A stretch of 64,000 bases of DNA from Planctomycetota bacterium (GTDB lineage: Bacteria > Planctomycetota > UBA1135 > UBA2386), in contig JBKAGP010000001.1 in NCBI GenBank assembly GCA_046290465.1, positions 1,312,001 through 1,376,000 on the forward strand, read 5' to 3'. The notes under the pieces were generated by a model, which worked only from the letters and a program-made list of their open reading frames with translations, searched no databases and was not told the origin of the DNA. Position 1 is the first letter of the stretch, and each line of letters opens with the position of its first letter. Shown here one piece after another: positions 42,301-50,021 of the stretch. A program made the position numbers and the translations under genes.

Positions 42301-42581
42301 ATGTCGATGTCGAGCACCAGCAAGCGCCGCCCCGTGACGAGCATCACCAGTGCATCCGGCCACCGAGCCCACCACTGCGACAGCTGCCCCTGATCCAAAG
42401 ACGCACTCTCTACCGCCTTGGTGATTCGGGGCTTTTTCCGCCCGTCTCGATGCTCGCCGGGGACCATGCCGACGCCCAGCCCTGAATTCCTGAGCCATGA
42501 GGCCAGCCGCAACACCTCGGCCACATAGGCACTCGACCCCGGCACCATCTCGGGCTCCGCCGCCACGTTCGTCTCGTCCAT
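39336..42581 (-). CDS. Replication protein: bifunctional primase-polymerase, PriCT-2 and helicase-like domain (alternative start 42611)
   Basis: LVLDID...G..SL, TANGAMHIYL, GIDLQ..VVAPPS (Prim-Pol); WLYVGMGLH...WDQWS...QWDCF (PriCT-2); GPPGLSKT, LILDD, NAVGRCR. Confidence 0.88.
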   Translation of the reverse strand: MDETNVAAEPEMVPGSSAYVAEVLRLASWLRNSGLGVGMVPGEHRDGRKKPRITKAVESASLDQGQLSQWWARWPDALVMLVTGRRLLVLDIDMKNGKDGRASLAQLCKDLGVDLPMNTATAMTANGAMHIYLRLPAGSAQGIKPSGFAKRYPGIDLQTGKKPVVAPPSPHQSGGGYAWAAGRSVYEVGIEPIPAPLLSMLSVPQVERRNHRPNPKSERYGRSPNIEVVREMLDHLSGHSDRLTWLYVGMGLHQGFGGSSGGQQLWDQWSQQSPDSYDSAEIVRQWDCFNEDGDLTLEAVAGWAKAAGWPMVDLHAAEAPPKIETTLPVARSGQPEALQEIARSGVSFEPGTRSVAFSGPPGLSKTRTARAWAVELLGEGRVGTVIMAVAKRARVNEVCGDMGEGPLEDQLLAAGARLAVAMGRGKDPDGPFYCSFAASSVYERRAQLGRTSCRGDSQHARECQYLKGQEAAHAAISEDGPSLVVTTIDYLRHLRPALEQAGRDDAVLILDDPGAEFGLFTDSEFHRGPLDDYRDRIGRWLADHPAASSELVRLGGLLRDVVGCLLDDDGGVDRLAHFAGSMSEGQRGLVADCETGAGSAMPWESKPDQPAFSLRLFGLLRQAVEGRPGAVKRGKSGKLIVAEANTLVIDKAQQGRCLWLSVGPMMEFVVQALGIERRHAEWSLSNRIVRLKLPRGYKGRGAPVGQEPSKSDELFRLVASGLSQSFGNGLGVLTTKVSFEHLAPSLEEHGSRVGYYNSHHAGTNTFDHAEVMLVQRYRPHPAECAWLTAAMEGVLGLPMSPLEASEAAESLVRWERRWCPAAQRSYGLKVPRDPRARQVYRTLEAQLMVNAVGRCRPMTNPSSTIVLFDSDPVEGVEATEEVEVVGLDLLRDPEGLMLTWSSGPRALRHRDLVRQVLDRGPATTTTEIHEKVLKDWVVDLDGDPPSLRATESLLRGLGGVDSSPSGSSSFRGRGVSYSRDPKGVEDMGDGGSLTDLVDHPVVSDVLAPGWRHERKRKTIKQIIETRTRLSSSTVQRCLRRLRNHEGIPTTTRADSKRNFLKVQQALSEVVEEMDSVVASGS

Positions 42582-42810
42582 CGCCCACCTCCAGACATCG
42601 CCCACGGCCATTGGTCAGCCGCTTCCATCGAACAGCACGCACCCCGGACCACCGGCCCAGACTCGGTGCGCTTGTCGAAGCCACCCCGACAGGGGCAGCC
42701 CCGTAGCCGAGCCGGTCACTCCCGAGAGGGAGCAGATCCGACACCCAGCCATCCACGAAGGTCCCGTCCGCTCCCGAGACGGAGCAGGTCCAGAACCCGA
42801 CCAACCCCGC

Positions 42811-43233
42811 CTAGCGGGAGACCGCCTCCAACCAGTTGCGGATGTCTTCCGGCTTCCAGAAGACCCTCCGCCCGATGCGACGCTCGCGGGGGAACTCGCC
42901 TCGATCCCTGAAGCGATTGATCGTGGTCGCCGATAGCCCGGTCACCGCCACCACGTCGGCCAGATCCCACTGCTCCTTCTGGTCCAGCGGGACCTCCACC
43001 TTGCGGCGCTTCTGGCTCGGATTGTAGGTCGCCCGACCCCGCCGGTTGGTGGTTGCGGTGCTGGCCCCCTCGCTTGTCTGCTTGGTGGTCGCAGCTCTGG
43101 GGCCCTGGACTGTCTGCTTGGTCGCGGTGTTGGCCACCTGGCTCTTATGCTGGTTGGTCGCAGGACTGACCGCCTGGCTCCCCTGCCGCTGCTCGCTGCG
43201 CAACTCTCTCTCACTCGTCGAATCGACGCTCAT
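42811..43233 (-). CDS. AlpA-family regulator / recombination directionality factor
   Basis: LADVVAVTGLSATTINRFRDRGEFPRERRIGRRVFWKPEDIRNWL; SD GGAGG before MSVD. Confidence 0.88.
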   Translation of the reverse strand: MSVDSTSERELRSEQRQGSQAVSPATNQHKSQVANTATKQTVQGPRAATTKQTSEGASTATTNRRGRATYNPSQKRRKVEVPLDQKEQWDLADVVAVTGLSATTINRFRDRGEFPRERRIGRRVFWKPEDIRNWLEAVSR

Positions 43234-43881
43234 GTCTACCTCCATGCTTCGGACTCTTCAGAGACCACCGGACCAACCGCAGCCCGGCGGCTTGCAGGAG
43301 AGGAACACGAGCTGCCGCCCCCTGTAGGGCCGGCCGGGATGCCACCCCGATCACTCAGTGCCCCGAGATCCTGCGGTCCCGGTCTCGGCTGGTCTTTGCG
43401 GCCCGCCCAGCCCTCTCTCGCCGGTCTGAAACCAACAGGCTCCCGAGGGCCGCTACACCCTCACCGACGAACAGGCCGCGGACTCTCTCAGGAGTTCAGC
43501 ATGCTCTGGCACTCACTCTGGATCACGAGGACCCGACGGGCACCATGGACCTCCTTTAGTCGGGGTGGAGGCGGCGCGCAAATCGACCCGGCGGATTTTG
43601 AGGGGCTGAGGTGGGCCGAGGTAACCGGGGGCAGCCGGGGATCCAGTGGATTACCAGGGCTCCGAGGGCCTCAAGGGCAGCGGTAGTTTCGGCCCAAAAA
43701 TGCGAGAGCCCCAATACGAGGGTGCCGGCCGGGCTTCCCCCCGTGCCCCCGCCGAATCGGCTGGGCTTGTAGAGGAGCGGGACCCCATGCAGACTGATGC
43801 CAACACAAGGCAAAAGGGGCTTGTCCAGCCGCCCCCCGGATCGCCTCAGAGCGCCCGCAGGTAGGGCACCACCAAACTGCC

Positions 43882-45150
43882 TCAGGCTTGCATGGGCAGA
43901 ATCGCGGGGCGATCAAGCCGGGCCACCGCCTCCTTCCCCTGACTGGGCCCCATCCGGGCGTATCGCTGCTGCATGACCGGAGCCGTGGTCGCCGTGAGCA
44001 TCGCAGACACCCGAGGATCCACGTCAGCCTCGTAGAGCCGGGTGGAGGCGTAGGTCTTCAACGCATGAAAGTCGATCCGCTCTCGGCCCGAGCACCGCTC
44101 GATTCCAGCGAACTCCAGGTCCTTATCCATGAGCCGCTTGATGTTCTTCGGGACCGGCAGCAAGCAGAACACCCGCTCAGAGGCGAGGGGCTCACGCCGC
44201 AGGTGACCAGCCATCCGAGATCTCCACGCCACGAACTGGTCCCGGAGCCACTCGGGCATGTCGGGCCGTGCCTCCCGACGGTTCTTCGCGTAGGCGGCCT
44301 GGAGCCGCAGGACCGATGCCTCTAGATCCAGGTCGCCCCATTGAATCGACCACAGCGCCTTCTGGCGGACTCCGAGTGTCCCCGCCAGCACGTAGGCCAG
44401 GGCACGCGCCTCCCCACGAATCCGCAGCTCCTGGAGGACGTGCACAGGAGTCCTCGGGTTGGCCTGCAGCTTGTTCTCTACCCCTCGCCGCACCGCAGCA
44501 TCCACGAGCCGAGCAAACTCGTCGGTGGTCATCGCCCGACGGACGAAGGTGGCCGTTGCCTCTGGATGGCTCGGAGAACAGAGCTTGGAGATCGAGGCCA
44601 GCGGGTTGGCATGCAGCCGACCGTGGATCACCAGCCAGCGGCAGAAGTGCCTGAGGCTGTCAAGGTAGTCGTCCCGGGTCTTGCTGCTCTTCGCGCGCAG
44701 CCGGCGCTGCCGTGCAGACTCAGACTCTCCCGCCAGCTCGTCCGCCGATAGACACCGATCCGGAATGCCCGAAGCACAGAACTCGATGAGCAGCGCCTCG
44801 GTGGCGGTGACGTTGATGTCCGTGATCCTCTGCACCCGCAGCCCCCTCAGCATCCGACCAAGCCGCATCGCGACCTGAGCCCGGTAGCCCGGAGTCGTCT
44901 GCCGTGCCTTCAAGTGTTGGAGGAAGTCCCCGACATGCTTGGGGACTGGCTGAGCGGCGAACTCGATCGACTTGTCCACCAGCCCGAACTTGCGGCGGGC
45001 GACCTCAGACTCCAGCTCGTAGGCGACCCGCTCGGCATCTCGCCGGCCGTTACCGTTCGCACGAAACGCTGTAGCCTTCCAACGTTCCTTGCCGTTCTCG
45101 TCCCTGTAGCGGATGGTCCAACGACCCCCGCGATCTACCAAACTCGACAT
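43882..45150 (-). CDS. Tyrosine recombinase / phage-type integrase with atypical catalytic boxes
   Basis: N-terminal arm-binding-like WTIRYRDENGK; GVRQKAL..IQWGDLDL, AKNR, IDFHALK, terminal RY; adjacent to the att repeat. Confidence 0.9.
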   Translation of the reverse strand: MSSLVDRGGRWTIRYRDENGKERWKATAFRANGNGRRDAERVAYELESEVARRKFGLVDKSIEFAAQPVPKHVGDFLQHLKARQTTPGYRAQVAMRLGRMLRGLRVQRITDINVTATEALLIEFCASGIPDRCLSADELAGESESARQRRLRAKSSKTRDDYLDSLRHFCRWLVIHGRLHANPLASISKLCSPSHPEATATFVRRAMTTDEFARLVDAAVRRGVENKLQANPRTPVHVLQELRIRGEARALAYVLAGTLGVRQKALWSIQWGDLDLEASVLRLQAAYAKNRREARPDMPEWLRDQFVAWRSRMAGHLRREPLASERVFCLLPVPKNIKRLMDKDLEFAGIERCSGRERIDFHALKTYASTRLYEADVDPRVSAMLTATTAPVMQQRYARMGPSQGKEAVARLDRPAILPMQA

Positions 45151-45197
45151 CGATTAGACCCCTTCTTGTTGACCTGCCCGCCCACCGGAAACGCCTC

Positions 45198-45219
45198 CGA
45201 TGTAGCAAATCAGGTAGCA
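45198..45219 (+). promoter_or_regulatory. Putative integrase arm-type binding site, right
   Basis: CGATGTAGCAAATCAGGTAGCA matches 30434-30455. Confidence 0.6.
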
Positions 45220-45281
45220 GTAGGCGTCGCCGGCACCGTAACCCGTGCGCAGGTCACGCGCAAACGCAGGCGACGGGAGGA

Positions 45282-45417
45282 TTCGACTCCCCTACTCTCC
45301 ACCATCTCGCACTGCGTTGGGAAGAGCATCAGGAGCGGCTTCAGGCCCCTGAAGCACCCACAGGCGCGAGTTGCAGCGACTCTGCCTCCTTGCGCCCAGA
45401 CACGCACGACACCCAGC
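45282..45417 (+). repeat. Distal att site: 24-bp exact copy of the tRNA 3' end plus ~110 bp of diverged similarity to 30288-30401
   Basis: Exact match at 45282-45305, then shared blocks GCACTGCGT.GGGAA, TCAGGAGCGGC, TCAGGCCCCTGAAG, CACGCACGACA.CCAGC. Confidence 0.92.
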
Positions 45418-45518
45418 TGAATAGGTAGTGCAGCATGCGCTCTGCGCTACCCCGCATCGCCCCTCCAGTTGCTAACAAGCTCCCAGGCTGCGTAGCATCC
45501 CTGCCAAAGGAGGTCGAG

Positions 45519-45968
45519 ATGGAAGAAGCGGAGACGTTGCGCATGGTGATCGGGGAGAGGCATGAATACTACCGCATGACGATGCGCCAGCTCGTCGTGT
45601 GGTTCACTGCATTCACCTCGCTGAACATGGCAGCGATGGGTGCGTTCGCCTACGCCGTCAAGAGCAAGGACTGGCATACGTCGCAGACGATTCCGTTCGC
45701 GCTCGTTGGATGCTTCCTACTTTCTCAGAGCGTACTCGGCGAACGGGCCTGCGCGAACGTCGCCAGGCTACTCAGAGAGTCCGCTGAGCAAATCGCGTCA
45801 GACACTGCCATCCTAGTGGAGACGACTCAGTCACCGCTCGCTAACGCTACGCCGTCGACACCCAGCTTCTGCAAGTCCATCGCACAGATGCGAATGGCCT
45901 TGCTCGGAGGGGCGGTGGCCTGGGTGGGGTTGATCGCCTACCTCCTCGTAGCGGCGTACGGATCGTAG
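45519..45968 (+). CDS. Hypothetical membrane protein (about 3 TM helices)
   Basis: Strong SD AAGGAGG, hydrophobic helices, non-host codon style. Confidence 0.7.
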   Translation: MEEAETLRMVIGERHEYYRMTMRQLVVWFTAFTSLNMAAMGAFAYAVKSKDWHTSQTIPFALVGCFLLSQSVLGERACANVARLLRESAEQIASDTAILVETTQSPLANATPSTPSFCKSIAQMRMALLGGAVAWVGLIAYLLVAAYGS

Positions 45969-46235
45969 CCACGCCGCCGCCGTCCACCGCGCTGTGCCCT
46001 CTTGACCAGCTGCGCCATCGCTTCCCGCGCCGGCGTGTCGCCCACTCGAAGGACGGAGGGCGTCCAGTCGGGTAAGCGCCCGATCTGCTTGATGATCAGC
46101 TCGCGAAGACTCTCCCCTCTCGGGGACATCGCACCGCGGACAACGAGCTCAAGGTCCCGCCGCAGGCCAAGCGCACAGGGCGTCACCACTCCCAGCGAGC
46201 GCCGCCCCCCCCCGATCAGCCAGCTTCCACCAGCC

Positions 46236-46670
46236 TCAAGCCACGAACGCCAACGCGTCGTCCAGCAGCGCCCCCGGATACTCCCCCACCTCGCGCAACG
46301 TGTACGCGACATGATCGACGATCGGCCAGCAGCGCTCCATCAGCGCCGCCACGTCATCGCCTCCGAGTTCGAACGAGTCGCCGCCGGGCTCCGTCGACAG
46401 CCGATGCAGCCCGCTCTGCATCGCCTCGAAGCTGCTCTGCTCGAGCGTGCGGTTGTCGCCCGTCTGCATCAGGCGAACGTGCGCCAGGTATCCGGCCAGC
46501 GTGATGACGAGGTGATCGGCCGGGGTCGGCTCGATCGCGAAGCCGAAGTCCGGGCGGATGGCGGTTCCGCGGTCCGCGTGCACGGACTGGGGTCGGTATC
46601 CCAGTTGGCAGGCGGCCACGGCGCGTGCGGCTTGCACGAAGGCGGTGGTGACCGTCGATTCGGGGTTCAT
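46236..46670 (-). CDS. Hypothetical protein resembling a degenerate M41 (FtsH-like) peptidase domain
   Basis: TAFVQAARAVAA in place of TAxHEAGHA; ITLAGYLAH; WPIVDHVAYTL. Confidence 0.5.
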   Translation of the reverse strand: MNPESTVTTAFVQAARAVAACQLGYRPQSVHADRGTAIRPDFGFAIEPTPADHLVITLAGYLAHVRLMQTGDNRTLEQSSFEAMQSGLHRLSTEPGGDSFELGGDDVAALMERCWPIVDHVAYTLREVGEYPGALLDDALAFVA

Positions 46671-47006
46671 GGTTGGCGAGTCGCTCTCTCCTCGAGCAGC
46701 TGACGGCCGCGGCACCCCGGAGAGAGTTCGGGTGCTGCGCGCCGGCCGATCCGATCCTTCCCCCTTGCCCGCTACCAACTTCGGCCCTGGCAACAACCCG
46801 CTCGATGGGCCGGGTGGCGTACGGGAACCCGCCTACGCGCAGCCCCCCTGCAGGAAGTCCCTACGCCGATCCGGCGACCACGAGCGATCGCTTGCGGGAC
46901 AACCCGCGTGGTTGCGGGAGATCCCGCAGCCCGCGCTCCGGTTTCCGGTCGCGAGCGCGAGACGAGGGTGCGGACATTCCCAGGTCCGCGAACGCCCGGA
47001 AAGCGG

Positions 47007-47636
47007 TCAGTTGCCGACGATCGTGTGCAGCACCGGGGAAACCAGGAAGCCGCCGGCGTTGACGCCGGGCGCGTAGCACAGCATCTGCGAGTAGAAGTAC
47101 TGGCCGAGCACGCCGGGCTTCGGCGTCCAGTCGAGCCGCAGCCGGCCGCCGGACTGCGTCAGGATCGTGCCGGCCTGCGGCGTCATGATGTACTCGGGTT
47201 CGAGCATCAGGTAGCAGCCCGGTGCCCCCATCGGCGCCAGCGACGTCGGTGAAGTCAGCTCGAACGAGATCAGCAGCATCGCCGGCCACGCGGGCGGTTC
47301 GCCCGGCACGGTCGGCTTGGTCGTCCACTCGACGTGGAACGGCTGGCCGACGTGCGGCACCCCCTCGGCGACGACGTAGGGCGCCCCGGGCCCGCCCTCG
47401 GAGAACGGCGACACGTCGCACGGCGTCGGCGGGTGGATCCGGCGCGCGAGCCCGTAGACGTGCTGCGGCGGAGGCGGCGCGTTCGGGGCCGGGGCGGGTG
47501 CCATGTCGGTCGGCAGTGCCCACGACGGCGCGCCCGCCGACGGCCCGGCGGCGTGTACGTCCGATGTGCCGAGCTGCGCGGCGGACAGGAACAGGGACCA
47601 GGCTACGAGGCGAGACGGAACGAACGAGCGGAGCAT
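47007..47636 (-). CDS. Secreted protein consisting mainly of a planctomycete-type C-terminal beta domain
   Basis: Signal-like N-terminus, Pro-rich linker, PHVGQ...APGCYL...LGQYFYSQ. Confidence 0.7.
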   Translation of the reverse strand: MLRSFVPSRLVAWSLFLSAAQLGTSDVHAAGPSAGAPSWALPTDMAPAPAPNAPPPPQHVYGLARRIHPPTPCDVSPFSEGGPGAPYVVAEGVPHVGQPFHVEWTTKPTVPGEPPAWPAMLLISFELTSPTSLAPMGAPGCYLMLEPEYIMTPQAGTILTQSGGRLRLDWTPKPGVLGQYFYSQMLCYAPGVNAGGFLVSPVLHTIVGN

Positions 47637-47826
47637 GGACTGGCGAGCGGCAAGCGTCGCGGGGGCGAGCTTCGCCGTGCCTACGCAGGGATGCGTCGCG
47701 GCGGCTCGCCTGGATTGCAGATCGCCGCTCGGACCGTGGTGCATGATGCCCGACCCGCCTGCGGTGTTCGGCGCAGCGTGCGACCCGCCGGTCGGTTGCA
47801 TGCGCGGGGGCCGGGTCGGCGATTGG

Positions 47827-49545
47827 CTAGCGGCGCTGGAGCTCGTGCGGCACCCAGGCGCGGTGCGGCCGCACGCCGAGCGGTCCCGGCACGCAGTCCT
47901 CGATGTCCTTGCGGAACAGCATCGACGCCATCGGGTGCACGATCAGCGCCGCTGGCTGCTCCTGGTGCGCCAGCTTGTGCAGCTGCTGCCACAGCTCGTT
48001 GCGCCGTTCCGGATCGAACTCCTGCTGGGCTGCGGCCGCGAGCCGGTCGGCCTCCTCGTGCTGCCAACGGCCCTCGCCGCGGTTCTCGAGACCTTCGCTG
48101 TGCAGCAGCGTGTAGGCGCCGCCCCACGGCTCGAATGCCTTCAGGCCGTAGATGCCGTGCCACTGCCGCGCCTTCTTGACCGCCAGGAACTGCGCGTGCT
48201 TCAGCTCGCGAAACTCGAACTGCACGCCAGCGCGGGACGCGGCGTCGGTGATGAGGTCCATCGTGCGCCGCACCGCCGGCGGCGACGGAAACGTCAGGAT
48301 CGTCACCTTCAGCGGCTTGCCCTCGGCGGGGTCGTAGCCGCACTCCCGCAGCAGCGCGCGCGCCGCCTTGGGGTCGTACGGCAGCGGCTGCAGGTCCGGA
48401 TACTCGTCCGAGCCGTAGCGCGCGTGCGCCGCCGCCGGGTGCGCCGCGCCCGACCAGACCTCGACGATGTCCTTGCGCGGGATCAGCATGCCGAGCGCGC
48501 GCCGCACCTTCGGGTCGTTGGTCGGCGCGATCTCGCAGTTCCACGCGATGCGCAGCACGCCGAGCTTGATGTAGTCGTAAACGAGCTTCTCGTAGTCCTG
48601 CTCGAGTTCGGGGCGCGACGCCAGCAGCTGGTCGAGCTGCTGGTCCATGTACCAGTCGACCTCGCCGCGCAGCAGCGCGTTCTTGGCGCCGGCCTGGTCG
48701 CGGAACATGATGCGCACGCCGCCGAGGTTCCAGGTACCCGGCTGCGCGCGGCGCCGCCAGCAGCCCTCGTTGCGGACCAGCAGCAGCTCCTGGCGGCGCT
48801 GCCAGTTCTGCTCGCCGGCCGGGTCGTTGCGCAGTTCATACGGGCCGGTGCCCGGGCCGCATTCTTCGTCGATCCGGTCGACCAGCTCGGCGAAGCGCGC
48901 GCTCGAGACCGGCGGCATCGGCTCGCCGTCGTCGAGCGCCTTCTGCACGCGCTGCTCGAAGAACCGTCGCTGCACCACCGTCCAGCGTTCGCCGACCTGG
49001 TCCAGCGCCGCGTAGTGGCGGCCGTCGAAGTGCACGCGGAAGCGCCGGTCGTCGAGCTCGTCGACCGCCCGCACCCGCTGGAACGCGAGGCCGACGTAGC
49101 CGAGGTTGAGGTGGCCGGCCTGCGCCAGCTCCCAGCCGAACAGCACGTCCTTCATCGTCATCGCACTGCCGTCCGCGAACGTCACGCCGTCGCGCAGCGT
49201 GAACACGCAGGTCGAACCGTCGGCCGACAGCTCGTAGCTCTCGGCCAGGGCCGGTCGCAGCTCCCCGCTCTCCGGGTCGCGGTCGAGCAGCGCTTCGTGC
49301 GTGTAGGCCAGCACCAGGCCGTTGGCGACCGGGTGGTAGGTCGTCAGCGGATTGACGTCGGACGGCTCGCCGCCCGGCAGCGCCCCGGAGTCGACGTGGC
49401 CCTGCGGCTTGCCGGCGAGCGTGCGCGGCATCGTGCCCGTCGTCGTCGGCGTCGAGCCGCTGCCCCACATCACCGTCAGCGCGAGGCCGCCGCCGAACAG
49501 CACGAGCAGCAGGAGCAACAGGAGTGGCAGGGTGCGCATCGGCAT
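47827..49545 (-). CDS. ABC transporter substrate-binding protein, family 5 (peptide/nickel)
   Basis: PALAESYE...FTLRDGVTFADG, GTGPY, DPKVRRAL, YDPKAARALL; no permease genes adjacent. Confidence 0.9.
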   Translation of the reverse strand: MPMRTLPLLLLLLLVLFGGGLALTVMWGSGSTPTTTGTMPRTLAGKPQGHVDSGALPGGEPSDVNPLTTYHPVANGLVLAYTHEALLDRDPESGELRPALAESYELSADGSTCVFTLRDGVTFADGSAMTMKDVLFGWELAQAGHLNLGYVGLAFQRVRAVDELDDRRFRVHFDGRHYAALDQVGERWTVVQRRFFEQRVQKALDDGEPMPPVSSARFAELVDRIDEECGPGTGPYELRNDPAGEQNWQRRQELLLVRNEGCWRRRAQPGTWNLGGVRIMFRDQAGAKNALLRGEVDWYMDQQLDQLLASRPELEQDYEKLVYDYIKLGVLRIAWNCEIAPTNDPKVRRALGMLIPRKDIVEVWSGAAHPAAAHARYGSDEYPDLQPLPYDPKAARALLRECGYDPAEGKPLKVTILTFPSPPAVRRTMDLITDAASRAGVQFEFRELKHAQFLAVKKARQWHGIYGLKAFEPWGGAYTLLHSEGLENRGEGRWQHEEADRLAAAAQQEFDPERRNELWQQLHKLAHQEQPAALIVHPMASMLFRKDIEDCVPGPLGVRPHRAWVPHELQRR

Positions 49546-49591
49546 TTTCGCTCCGCCCGGCATGGTAGCACGCGCCGCGCGCCGCGGTGTC

Positions 49592-49963
49592 TCAAGAACG
49601 CGACGCGAGCGTCATGCCGAGCCACAGGGCGGCGACCCCGAGCACGTTCTGCAGCAGCACGTTGAGGGCAAAGCTCGCGACGCGGCGTTCGTCGAGCAGC
49701 TGGTGGCCGTCGAACGCAAACGCCGAGAACGTCGTGAAGGCGCCGAAGAAGCCGGCCAACACGGCCACCGAGACGGTCTGCGAGACGCGTTCGTGCAGCA
49801 GCGCCCAGCACAGGCCGAAGCCGAAGCAGCCGACGACGTTGACCACGGCGACCGGCCACGGCCCTTCGCCGAGCAGCGAGCGCAGCAGGACCGTCGCGAC
49901 GTAGCGGCAGAGGGCGCCGAGCGCGCCGGCCGCCGCCACCGACAACACGACCGTCAGCTGCAT
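49592..49963 (-). CDS. crcB: Fluoride channel FluC/CrcB
   Basis: GALGALCRY, VNVVGCF, GFFGAFTTFSAF. Confidence 0.93.
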   Translation of the reverse strand: MQLTVVLSVAAAGALGALCRYVATVLLRSLLGEGPWPVAVVNVVGCFGFGLCWALLHERVSQTVSVAVLAGFFGAFTTFSAFAFDGHQLLDERRVASFALNVLLQNVLGVAALWLGMTLASRS

Positions 49964-49976
49964 CGCGAGCGCCTCG

Positions 49977-50021
49977 GGATCACTTCCGCTTGGATCACTT
50001 CCGCTTGGATCACTTCCGCTT
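49977..50021. repeat. Perfect 15-bp tandem triplication spanning the stop codon of the upstream gene
   Basis: GGATCACTTCCGCTT x3 (49977, 49992, 50007). Confidence 0.92.

Larger units (their letters stand above)
30264..45305. mobile_element. ~15 kb integrative element (phage-satellite/PICI-like or IME-like) inserted at the 3' end of tRNA-Ala
   Basis: 24-bp exact direct repeat TTCGACTCCCCTACTCTCCACCAT at both ends; integrase, AlpA and Prim-Pol genes; visible shift in composition and codon style. Confidence 0.92.

Noticed and set aside
45282..45305. Second tRNA gene
   Set aside because: Only the T-loop and 3' acceptor strand are present; this is the att duplication
30264..45305. Complete prophage or ICE
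   Set aside because: No recognisable terminase, portal, tail, lysis, relaxase or conjugation genes
49964..50021. Fluoride riboswitch upstream of crcB
   Set aside because: The spacer is short and filled by the 15-bp tandem repeat; no riboswitch consensus seen
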